The notes beneath the pieces are model-generated. The model searched no databases, was not told where the DNA came from, and saw only the letters and a list, made by a program, of their open reading frames with translations. A stretch of 61,942 bases of DNA, filler included, from Jimgerdemannia flammicorona (taxonomy: Eukaryota), in the NCBI GenBank assembly GCA_003990765.1. It is 3 parts of 3 records of this genome, joined end to end, with 100 filler letters (N's around TTAATTAATTAA, not from the genome) between each part and the next. Parts side by side here need not be neighbours in the genome. Positions count along the whole stretch, not along the records: positions 1 to 20,583 come from RBNJ01001645.1; 2 more parts are not named here. The stretch is one strand, 5' to 3'. A program made the position numbers and the translations under genes. Shown here in pieces: positions 1-11,984 of the stretch (positions within the stretch are counted from its first letter, which is position 1; each line of letters starts with the position of its first letter).

Positions 1-2335
1 CCCTACCCCTTCTTGACGAAAGACCACCTTGTCTAACACCATCGCCACCCTCCCACCACTCTGCTCACAGATCCTTACCACCAAACTGCAACGCTGACCC
101 CCCTGAGGGCTCCAACCCACCCACCATCCAGTCAGCAGATCCCCCAACAGCTCCTCCCACCTTAACACCTTCTCTCGCAGCCCCAACCGCTGACCCTCCT
201 CAAATACAAAAAGCCAATATCCAGCTAATCCCACCCATACTGCTAGTACCCACCCTACAGTGAGCCAGCTATCACCCACCCCACCCACAAGCCCCCCAGC
301 GGCCCCCCTCCCCCCCCAGCCTCCTCCCTACACCCAATCTATCCCCTATCACAGCCCAAAACTCCTCCAAAACCTCACACTCTCCCAGCCAATGTTCTGG
401 CATCTGTACATGACCCTCAGCTCGCCCAACATCGTAACACTCTTCACAGTCGAATCGTCCACCCTCTACCAAATGCCCCATGCGGAAATTCAGCATAACG
501 TTCCTCCTCAACATTCTCCACCATACTACCCAGAACTTGGGAGGCAGCCACCGCCATACCTCCGCACTCCAAGACCAGATACCTGCCCAGTCCCACTCCT
601 CGCCGATCCCAGCCACCTGCTAGCTACCTGGCCAAAGATCCTGGCCAAGCCCCCATTTATAGAGCTCTCCTCTAGGGCCTCATCTCTGCAACTAGTTATT
701 CAAAAGATCCAGTATCAACTACTCTTATCTTACAATCTACAACTTAAGTATCAATTACTGACCATTCTCAAATACATACAGCCAATATCCAGCAAGCTCA
801 ATCTAAATAGCCAGGGTCCACTTAAGAGTTAACTACTTATCACTGATCTCTTTTATCAATCTTCTTTGAAGATCACCCCACCTCCCACCCTCTCTGCTTA
901 GGTGGGTACACCCTCATCTAACTCTTAATAGTCCTCTAAAAGTCTCCTATAATCTCACACTCCCCCAACTAATACTTAGGAGTCTATACTATATTACTCT
1001 CCTATCTAATATTAAAGCACTTTTCAAACTTCAAGACACCTCCTTCTACCAAATATTCTGATTAATAGTTCAATATCATATTATACTACAATAATCTCTA
1101 CCACACCACTCAGAACTTGAGGGAAATCTACCTCACTATCTGCTTACTCTAAGACTAAATATTATTTCAGTCTTACTCTTTACTAATTCCTACTCTCTGT
1201 CAAGCTTTGGATTACAAATCTCTCTTATACTTCTGAAGATATTCTATATTATTCTCCAAACTAAAATCATTCACTGGTATGTCCCCTAATAGAAGACAAT
1301 CCCATCTCTATATTCTGAGTTCTTAGTATATATACCTCTCTTTTATCACCTCACTACTAGAGGCCAATTTGCTGAGCTCTATCAGCCACTCCCTACTAGA
1401 ATCTCCAAAAGCATATCTTCTGACTCTCCTCCAGTACTACTAGAGAGAGTAAGTCACCAGATGTATTATAAGGAGAGAACTATACCTTTCATACTCTCTA
1501 TATAAGAAGTACTCACTCTCAGCTCCTCAACTTGCTAGCTCGCTTCAGCTACTATATCCTCAAGCAGTGTAAGTATTTAGTAAAGTTCACCAGACCCAGC
1601 TCTCTCTAGTCTACTGGTAATATCAATACCTCTCAGTCAATCTAACTCCACCACCCTACCCATATCCACATTTTGGCCATCTTTAGTGATCCGAATGAGT
1701 CAATCCGGATGGGATTCAGATGGATTCGAATCAACCATTGTTTTGATTTCCTAATTAGACAATTAAATGTTTACATCAATAACTCGATAAATAATCATCC
1801 AAATTTAATTATCTTGGTGTCATTTGAAAGCCCTTAATAAGGCCTTTCTAATGATATCAAGAACATTAAAATCAGATTACGCGTTGCCGAGATATTAAGG
1901 AAACCGTTCTATTTGATGAAATTTCCAAAATCGGCAAATCGAAGAATTTTCAAAATCGGCGATTCAGACGGTTTCCTTCATAACTCAGCAACGCATGATC
2001 CGATTTCAATTTCTTGATATCATTAGATAGGCCTTATTAAGGGCTTTCAAATGACACCAAGATCATCAAATTTGGATGAGTATTCATCGAGTTATTGATG
2101 TAAACATTTAATTGTCTAATTTGGAAATCAAAACAATGGTTGATTCGAATCCATCCGAGTTGATCCAGATGGGATTCAATCCAAATCAATCCGAATCCAA
2201 TCCAGATTAAATTGACTCGTTAGGAGCACTAGCCATCTTTAACAATCTCTTGACCACTTATGTAGGAAAGTCTAAGTGATACCCCAGACTGCCAATATAT
2301 ATTCAACATTATCACCCTGCCTACTAGAGAGATAT
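1..2335 (+). mobile_element. Probable decayed non-LTR retrotransposon ORF1 (gag-like) fragment, interrupted by a MITE
   Basis: Strongly C-rich plus strand with a Pro-rich ORF at 260-832. Stop-riddled Cys/His-containing remnants lie on both sides of the MITE (about 1610-1680 and 2240-2320). No RT seen, so the family is uncertain. Confidence 0.3.
1684..2231. mobile_element. Non-autonomous hAT-family MITE (548 bp), almost entirely one inverted repeat
   Basis: Termini are TAGTGATCCGAATGAGTCAAT (1684) and ATTGACTCGTTAGGAGCACTA (ends 2231). Perfect 8-bp TSD GCCATCTT at 1676-1683 and 2232-2239. The internal arms (about 1735-1910 vs 1967-2140) are reverse complements. Confidence 0.93.
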
Positions 2336-3170
2336 ATATAAGATCACAAAATAAGTCACTGAAGAGATTACCTGATTATACAAAGTATGTCAGCAAGTAT
2401 GAGGATTTATTATCAAGATACAAGAATACTAGAAGAAGTACTATAATTACAAAACTAATCTTAAACCTCTACTTATTAAATAACTAGTCTTGGTATACTG
2501 AACTATTATAAAAGAAAACTAAAGTACCAAACTTAAACTGAAATGAGAAGAACCCTATCTCATCTATCAAAGATTCATAAACCATACTTATACTCAAGAT
2601 CAAGATACACTGTAACTATATAAGACCTTATTACTCAGTAGAAGCAAAATATATTTGAACTCTATTTACTCTATTTGTATCACCTCTATTAAAGAATAAC
2701 AGATACTTTATCTGGAACTTAAGAAAGCTGATATTGTTGAAACCAATCTCAAGTCTATCCACATGATAGATATTACTACTAAAAATTACCTTAGATTATA
2801 GAAAATATCATTTTCAAGAGGGTTGAACCTCCAGCTATAATAATGAAAGCCCTCACTTTAGACAAGGATGACTAGTCCTTGCAAATATACTAATAGTCTA
2901 AAAAAAAGAGAACTAAGATCTACTATTCCTGTGCAACCATCTCCACCAAAGAACAGCTTTAATTTTGCAAAAGGTAGATATAATAATACTTTTGAAACTA
3001 ATGATATCAGAAGTCAGAAAACTGCTCAGACTTTACTAAAGATAATATCATCAATAGTGACCTTATTAAAGAATATCCAGGCAGTATCTAAATCTATAAA
3101 TAGCTTAGCAGTTATTAGTATAGTTAGATTAGTATTGTATGATATAACTATATACTAACTCAGTAGTCAG
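2336..3170 (+). mobile_element. Heavily decayed coding-like fragment, possibly LINE ORF1
   Basis: Purine/A-rich coding-like composition with many TAG/TAA stops and Cys/His remnants near 2800-2890. No diagnostic motif. Confidence 0.2.
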
Positions 3171-6100
3171 ATGATTTCTTAACTTTTTTTTTTTTTTTTT
3201 AAATGAACTCATAGTTTTGTAGATTTTTATTAAAAGAGAACCTAGACTATAAAGGCTAAAACCCTTCTCCACTACTCACCAAACATTATTCTCTCATTAA
3301 CCTAGACTATTAAATTGTCCAGTAGTCTTACTGCTCTAGCTATATCTGTCAGACACTGGCTATACTAATCCTTATGACATAGATCAGACTTGTCTACTCA
3401 CTAGGACTGGATCATCATAACTACACATAAGAGCACACCTATGCATTAGATCTAGCAGTGCTGGGGCTGAATAAAGAATAGCTCTCTAAATCTCAAAAGA
3501 AAGCCCAAGGTAAAGAAAAACTCTCTAACTAATCAACAGAAAATAAGATAGATTCAAAGTGAGTAAGTAAAGAACTTATATATAGGCTAGGGCTAGAAAA
3601 GACCCACTCTCACTCTCTGAGCTTTCAGACCTCAATCACATTACTATATCAGCTCCTGGTTCTAGTTAGGTACTGTCAAATGAAGAAAGTCCCACTCTCC
3701 AAGTCTATAGACCTCAATTATATTACTATATCAGCTCCTGGTTTCAGTTGGATATAGCTAGAATGCTAGCTTTTATACCACCCTACTCCTCACTAGCTAA
3801 TTGAAAGGTCTCACTAAGATAATATTCACCCTAACTCTGATAACTACCCCCAGCCTAGCACTCTACTAGTTCACTATAATTGCTCTTTCTCTTATCTGTA
3901 ATGGCCATCTCTCTTCTCATCCTGATAATATCCAAAAAGTAGTTATCTATACTAGTGCTATACTCACCAGAAAGCTTATCAAAGCTCAGAGGGCCTCACT
4001 ACAAATACTGAATAACCTACAGGTAATCTATACTAGTACTTGATACCCAAAGTTAGCTGATACTCTATATAGCTTATGATATACCAAGATGATATCATAT
4101 TGATAATGACAAAAGGAAGAAGGTGCTACATCAAAATAAATATACCCCAGATATAGTCAGAGATACCAGAAACTGTAAAAAAGTAGAGAAGATACTGATC
4201 TGATACTGGTAAAGAGATAACTTATCACTATTGCTCTCCTTTTACTATACCCATGTAGGTACAGCAAATCAACTCAAGGTAGAAAGGATAACAATAGAGA
4301 AAAGAGAACTCAGAAGGTCACTTACTAAGTCTTGTAACTGATAAGGTAATAGAGAAAGAAGTGCAGATAATCTCTTGATATGTTAGTTTACACTTATATT
4401 ATGTGACTGCATTCTGACTCAGTAAGGCACTAAGTACTATACCATATTTAGTATAGTTCAGATAGCCTCTTATTAGTATAAATACCCCCTCTCTTAGACC
4501 TCAGAAACTCAGACTTGAATAGATATGAACAGACTGGAATAGATATAAATAGACAAGAATAACTCCTGAATACTTCTCCATAATATCTCTTTATACACTA
4601 CTCCTAGTATAGCAATATCATAAATAGTGAATAAATCTATTTAATAATCTACAAACTACTCTTAAGTAAATCTACACTCTATTAGGTCCCACTCCTAACC
4701 ATGTCATAAACTTTCTTATTGAGTATTGTCTGTAGCAATATGTCAATTCAATTAAGCTGGTCTTAGTTTTTTGAACTTTCTGAAATATAGAAAATCCTAG
4801 ACATCCAGAACTAGTCTGAAAAAAGAACTTTGGTTGAGATATGAACTCAATCTTAAAATCAATAAGCATAGAAGATATACTCTATATGAAATTGATCTTG
4901 ATCTTAAGAAAATAGTCTTCTAGAATATCCAGAACTTCCAGAAAACCCTTCCAGAACTATATAATAGTACTTTAACAAAATAATCCTCTTACTCCTACTA
5001 TCTCTCTACCTAACACTAGAGTCTCACACTTATGCTAGTTTAGCTTAGTACCTGAGTATCTCTCATACTATTCTACTACTCTCTTCAGTGCTATCACATT
5101 CTTCACTAAACCTAGTCTATTACTATATCATTAGCAAATACCCCCATCTTTCAAGATACTCTCAGAATATTCAACCCCTCCACCCTATACCTTATTCTGT
5201 CTAATAAAGGCTCTAGAGAGAGAGTATAAAGGATTAGTGACAGTGGGTCCCCCTCTCTTCTGCCTAGAGGAAACAACTCCCCTCTATACTTATTTACTAG
5301 AATAGCTATCTGACTCCCCTCTAACAGACTGATCAATGATCTTCTAAATCCTAGGAGGACTCCTATATACTTCAATACCCCCTCTAGCCACACTCATCAG
5401 ACTCTATTATAGATCTTCTCCTGGTCCAGAAATACTAGCTGGCCATCTACCTCTGCAGCCCAGGCTCCTTCAATAATACTATATACTCACACTATCTTAT
5501 CTCTTATCAAATGACTCCCAATGAAGCTTCTCTGCTCAGCCCTCAATACCTGCTGAGCCACTTCTTATAACTTAGCCACAAATATCTTCATAACCAACTT
5601 GTAATCTATATCTAGAAGTATAATCAGTCTCCAGTTCTTCCAATCCTCCCTCTTCTTTTATTCTTATACAGTAAAGCTATCAGTCCTAGATACTATCTAC
5701 CAATCTAAGCCCCAAGTCAATAACTTTATCACACATCTATGCTATCTTCTCTAATACCAATTTCACATCTGCCATCCTCTTCCAGAAATCTCAAGATAGA
5801 TTATCCTCTCCAGGTACTGTCTCAAGACTCATTGTTACCAGTATCTTACAGATTTTCTCTCTTTGGACAAGTACTCTAAGTTCACCTAAGCCCTCTGATG
5901 GATTCAGGTGCCAGTTCTTCAGATGCTATTCAATGTCTAGTATATCTTCTCTATCCTCCTCCTCACTCTACAATTGCCCCTATTGGGAATATAACTGGTC
6001 TAAGATCTCTGGAATTCTGACTACTATCTCTCCTAACTTATCCAATACTTCTTTCCACTACTGCCTCACCCTCCTCACCCAAAGCCATCTTGATAAGAAC

Positions 6101-8889
6101 TTCATAGGCCTCTCTTCCTCTTCTAAACCCTGCCACTGTAGCTGAGTAGCTATACTATTTACCTTTAATTCCTCCTTCTGTCTCAGTACTCTCTTTAATT
6201 CCTCTATCTCTAGTTAGACCCACTGAACCCTCCACCCCCCTCCTCCTTATCATTCAGCAAATCAGCCCACTTCTCCAATAGCTTCTCCAATCTCTGAAAA
6301 GCCCACCTTAACCAACTTCTCTTCTGAGCACTCTGTTTTCTCTCTATCTCCCTCCAGAACCATTGAGTATCTAATTTCAAACATTGCTAATAATCTCCAA
6401 TCTCCAGTTCCTATACTCTCTAACCAATAATCCTAGAGCTAATATCCACCACCTAGATACCCTACAGAGAGGGCTCCTCTAGTAAAGAAATATTCAAGCA
6501 CCAATATCCCACTTTTCCTAAATCTTCTACAATCTATCAGGCCCTAGTAATCTGACTATAGACACTAAACTATCTCTAATGAACTCCAAATATCTACTCC
6601 CCAGCACTCAGAAGTTAAGACCTAGTCAATCCTCAAACCCAGCTCTACCACCCAGTGAGTATAGATCCTATAGTCTCTCTACCCAAGATGTCTAGTATCT
6701 ACCAGCAAGCTCAGCCTTTCAATCTCCTCCCAGCCTTCTATACCTCCACTCTTACCAGTTATCTCTCTCTCTCTATTGGTCCTGTCCAACTATCTATTCT
6801 GTATTATGTTAAAGTCTCCTTTCAGATAGTCAATCTTCTCTGCCATCATAGCACTTGTCTTTTATAGTTCCCTTATTTACTCTACATATTTCTCTCTTTC
6901 TATTGAGTAATAACAGGACTCAATAGTCAAGGGGCTCTAGCCCAGTCACCTCTACACTTCCTACACTACTCTGCTCCCCCAATATCCAATGTCTCTAATA
7001 TCCTCCTTACTCTTCTGAATCAAAATACCCACCCAACTTTGCCAAATAGCTATATCTCTCTATTCTTTTGTCCAGTCCACCATATCCAAGTTCTCATTAC
7101 ATCTCACATCCTGTAGTAAGAACAGATCTATATTCAGTCTCTTCAACTAGCTAAAGATATTCTAATATCTTATCATATCTCTTAATCTATTGATATTCAA
7201 AGAGAAGATTCTAGTTATATTATTTATATTGAATAATATTTGGAGAAGATTTACCTACTCTATAATTCTATACTCATTATATCACTAGCAACATCCAGGA
7301 TCCTCTCTGTCTCAAGCTCATCTACCTCTCTCTGCTGAGCATCTAATACTTTTAAGATCTCCTGACAGTTCTCACCATCTACTACTTCTATATTAGACTG
7401 ATTCTTCTTATACACTATCTGCTACTTTACCAACTCCTTTCAAGAGTCCCACAGATAGATTATATATTTATTTATAATTATCAGAAGTACTATCTCTCTG
7501 TTATTATCTATCTTGTACTCCTCTGTCTCTAATAGGCCCACTATCAGCTCATCTCAAAGCTTCTATACTACCTCTTCTTCCAGTATCTCTTACTAATTAT
7601 ATGAAAATCCACCCTACTAAGTTTATTAGCTGCAATATTTATTAATATCTTTCACAACTATCTCTTATCTCCTATGGCCTCATCAATATCTAAAGCCACC
7701 TCCTGCTCTCCAACCCCCTGGCCTTCCTCAGTATTTGCTTTAATTAACTTATCTCAGTTCTCTTCCAATATATCTTATAGCTCATCAGTTCTTCCTCCTC
7801 CTGTGGATATGCTATACTGCACTTGGACCTCCTCTACTATCACCTTATTCTCAGCCACCACACTCTGTCTGAAATCACCCCTCTCCTCTAGAGTTATACC
7901 TCCTTCTCTCCTGCCCAAGCACTAGTCCTAGATCTAACTCTATCTATAGTATTCTCTCCCTTTGCCCTCTCTCCCAGACTCACCAATAGATCTTTCTGAA
8001 GCTGTCTCTCTTATGCTCTTTTCCAGGTAGCTTGATCCAGTTACACTCTCTTACCATTTATAATTTCTACTACTATCTTAGCCTTGAACTTCTTTCAGGC
8101 CAGTCTTTTCTTCTTTACTGCTTCAGCTAAGTCCTCTAATGTCTCCAGAAAGTCCTCCTTCTCCTCTGGTATCTCTTTTACCCTTGAGATCTTACATTCT
8201 ATCAGTTTCCACTTAAGCACCATCAGCCAATCTCTTCTTTTTTCAGTATTCTTCTTGCTCACTAGTCTTACTCTGATATTTACATTCCCAGTCCTGAACT
8301 CCCTAGACCCAGAACCCAACATCAATTACCTTGCCATACTTCTTAATAATATCAACAATCAGCCCTCTGACCACCTCCTTCTTTACTGTAAATATATTTA
8401 CCACTATCAACTGCACTATATGTGGGTCCTAGCATAAGTACTAAGCTATAGAGATTACTATTCTTCTCACTATCACTCCTTTCTCTAATACTCCCAATAT
8501 CCTTGAAGTCAACCTTTACTTCTTCTAGTTCCTTTAAGAACTTCACTGAGACTACTCCTTTTATCTTCTAAGCTAGAAGCCCCAGAACTATTTTTGCTAT
8601 AACTACTAAGTAGTATTCCAAATAGATGGAGTTGATCTGGATGAGATTCAATTCAGATTCATCATGTGATTAATTCTAATCAACTTAGATTGGTCTTATG
8701 ATCTGATCCAGATTGATTCAGATTGATCTATCTAGATTGAAATCTTTGGTAATATCACCCTTTCTTTTGTTCATTTCACTCTTGTTTTTTTTTCCTACTG
8801 CACTTTGGTAACATCACCCTTTCCTTTTATTCCCTCTCTTCTTTTGTTCTTTTTTTTATTCTTTTTCTTTATTCTTTCCTGTCACATTA

Positions 8890-10977
8890 TGAGCAAATAA
8901 AACAGCAGCCCTTAATTCATATATTGGTCCAGTCTACTTATTTTTTACTCTGTAATAATCATCAAAAGAGAGAGTATTTAAGGTGAAAATGTACTCTCTG
9001 CTGACAATGTGAGATTCTTTCTCATATAGACAGCACACAAGCTGCTTATTGAGAGCCAAAGGGGTGACAGTGATGGCAATAGTAGTGGTGATGGTAATGG
9101 CAGTGGTGATGGTGGTGGTAATAGCAGAGATGAGAGAGAATTCCTGCAACAACTTACAGTGGCCCTTCAGACCTTGGAATTTATAGATCTCACAGCTATA
9201 TATGTGGCAGTCTTTTTAAAGTAGCTGATAGTAGATGTAGGTTACTCACTCAGCTGTTACTTGTTTACTTGTATTTATTTAAATTTCCCTAGCATAACCT
9301 AATTTACTTTATGCTTTTCTTAGGGTCTATAGCTCTATGGTGAGATCTGCTGACTTTATTTACAATATTTGGTCAAGATGAAGAAAGACTAGCAGATGTT
9401 GCAGGGCATACCTTTGGTGGCTGAGCTGTTGAGTCAATGTATTACATGGTGGAGGTCTCAAAAGAAATAGAAGCAAGCCTTCATGAGCAATCTTGTGCAA
9501 CTCATACAACTCATGCAACTCATTGGTATGCAACTCATCAGCATATAGCTCACTCACTCACTCACTCATGCTCTTTTTCTAAAATACCCATCTCTGTGTT
9601 TTATTTAACTTCATTTTTTATATAGTCTCCCTCTAAAAAACACCCACACCTACATGCAACCTGTCTGCATGCAATCTGCCTGCATGCAACTCATCTGCAC
9701 ACAACCTGTTTACATGCAACCTATCTACATACTTATCTCAGTCTCTCAGATCAGAGCTCAGTTCCATTGGAAAGGAGAGTTCAAAGTTACCTGATTTAAC
9801 CATGTCTGGCATCTGATCAAATAGAGAAATTTGAGGGCAAGATGTTCAGCATAAGTAGTACCAGTATTGTCATCAAGACTTGGGGGTCTATATTTGAATC
9901 AGAGCCAATCATTCTTGACCAAGGGGTCCATTGGCCAGCAGAAGTAACCAATGATGAAGAGAACTATATCATTATTAATAAACATGGAGAGGTAGTTGTG
10001 ATAGTGGTAAGGAATCTCTATGGTGATGAGCTTTACTACCATATCAACAAGATTTGTGAGGATTGTGTCAAATACCAGGTAGCAGGAAAGAGGGGGTGAA
10101 AAAGCAAGGAGGGGGGGTTTGGACAGGAATTGGGTATACTGCAACACTGGTGAAGAGTGGGTTCCAAAGTTTCAAAATTCCCCACACTCATCTCTCTTTT
10201 TTTTACTCCTCCCTAGATAAATCACACTCTTTACTGATATACTCTTTTTGATATAATTCCAGGGATGCACAAGATTCTATACTCCTACTGGAACTTTAGA
10301 AGTACTATCAAAGAGCAAACTATACATGAGAATGACACAGTCTCTATGGTGATAGTGGCTATGATCTGGGGTTCTTTAAGCAGATTGATAGAGCATATAG
10401 CAGGCCAGCTTGGTGGTGATCTCAGTGTAGCTGTATGTATATTCTTAGTGTAATTTAGTGTGCTATATAAGGTGAGGAGCTCCACTTTTTTTGGGTGCTG
10501 CAGCCTGGGGGGTTTCTGTGGCCTGGGGGGTTTCTACCCCTCTGTATGTAAAAAGGACTGACTGGTTGCTGTCTGTTTTGGCAGATTTCCAAGCCAGAAC
10601 TCCCAGGGCTGGATCAAGAGCAGGCATCCACTAGTACAGCCTGACAGTATAAGGTTCTGGGCCAAGGGTTCACCCAACTGTATACTTATATCACATCAAA
10701 ATACATTAGGTACAATATTTCTCTGCCCATACACACAGATAACAACATCACTCTGGTAATGTTCTATGTCCTGGAAAGGAAGGGCCTAATCTGAAAGGAT
10801 AGTGGTGAAGTCTAGTATAACCTCACCTATGGTTTCGGTGTTCCATTTGCAGCCAACATAGCTATCTTATTCCAACCACACAACCACTATGGTACTGTCA
10901 CCTTTGAGAAGAGCTTGGACATAATAGTCATTGCACTCACAATAGATGACAGGCTCATCAAGGCCTGGGACTGGTAG
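8890..10977 (+). pseudogene. Multi-exon cargo pseudogene with a C-terminal 2OG-Fe(II) dioxygenase domain resembling TET/JBP
   Basis: The last exon (10585-10977) reads ISKPELPG...GFTQLYTYITSKYIRYNISLPIHTDNNITLVMFYVLERKGLI*KDSGEV*YNLTYGFGVPFAANIAILFQPHNHYGTVTF...[frameshift]GHIIVIALTIDDRLIKAWDW*. HxD is at 10732-10740, H-Y-G-T at 10885-10896, and there is a distal His (CAT, possibly decayed CGT Arg). Approximate upstream exons with GT-AG boundaries: 8890-9240, 9324-9525, 9626-10170, 10263-10472. Confidence 0.55.
9650..9730 (+). repeat. 15-bp tandem repeat (ACCTGTCTGCATGCA-like), about 5 copies, in frame within the cargo gene
   Basis: Translates as MQPVC-MQSAC-MQLIC-TQPVY-MQPIY. Confidence 0.7.
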
Positions 10978-10991
10978 GTAGAATAGTTTTT

Positions 10992-11065
10992 GTGAGGGTT
11001 AGGCAATCTATCATGAGGGTTAGGCAATCTTTCATGAGGGTTAGGCAGTCTTTCATGAGGGTTTG
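10992..11065 (+). repeat. 21-22-bp tandem repeat (TCATGAGGGTTAGGCAATCT), about 3.5 copies
   Basis: Direct repeats immediately after the cargo stop codon. Confidence 0.85.
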
Positions 11066-11239
11066 GTGGTCATTTTATATAGGTTGGGCTGACAGCTGGG
11101 TGCCTCTTCTGTAGTACTAGTTTAGCCATTATGTTGGGCCCTACTAGCTCCTTGGTCCTACTCTGTAGTACTGCTAGTATGGTGCTACAGTGCAGGGCCA
11201 GAGTGCCCATGGGATCTGAATCTGTAGTAGACTCTGATC

Positions 11240-11865
11240 GCCAGAAGTACCCTCTAACTGCTGGAAATACCCTCTGACTACCAGAAGCACCCTTTGACTG
11301 CCAGAAGCACCCTCTGACCTAGACTCAGACTCCTTGGTGACTTGGGGCTGCCCCTATACTGCTGGCAGAGAGTTTCAAATTTTGTGTACTCCCTCTGCCT
11401 GCTCTATCTATCCCAGACACTTGCAGCTTGGGGCTGCCCCTTGCTACCAACAGAGAGCTGAAAATTTTATATGCTCTCTCTGCTGACCCTATGCCCACTA
11501 TCCCTGCCAACTGACCTTGCCAACTGACTTCACTCACTGACCTGGGTACTAACTGCTTGGGGCTGTCCCTCACTGCTAGCAGAGGGCCACAAATTTTGTA
11601 CACTCCCTCCACCTACCCCCCCTCCCACCAACACTCCATCCCAGATACTTGCAGCTTGGGGCTACTCCTTGCTACTGGCAGAGGGCTGCAAATTTTGTAT
11701 ACTCTCTCTACCAACCCTATGCCCACTGACCTGCCTACCAACCTACCCACCAACCTGGGCACTAACAGCTTGGGGCTGCCCCTTGCTGCTGGCAGAGGGC
11801 CACAAATTTTGTATGCTTCCTCTGTCACTACTGCCAACCCTACCAACTACTGCCCTACTTGGGCT
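11240..11865 (+). repeat. Internal repeat arrays of the hAT element: a 20-bp unit (CTGCCAGAAGCACCCTCTGA) about 4 times, then a ~100-bp-period unit 5 times
   Basis: The core CTTGGGGCTGCCCCT..CTGCTGGCAGAGGG...AAATTTTGTA recurs at about 11341, 11427, 11556, 11655 and 11769. Confidence 0.85.
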
Positions 11866-11984
11866 ATAAACTCCAGGCCAAGTTCTCAGGTTTTTTTTTC
11901 TTTTATTTTTGAAAGATATTAAATATTCTATAAGGCCAACCAACTTATCTGCGAACCCCCAGAATCTGCCAAATTTTAGTAGCC

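Noticed and set aside
260..832. Proline-rich 190-aa ORF as an extensin-like host gene
   Set aside because: GTG start, composition-driven, and grades directly into decayed repeat sequence.
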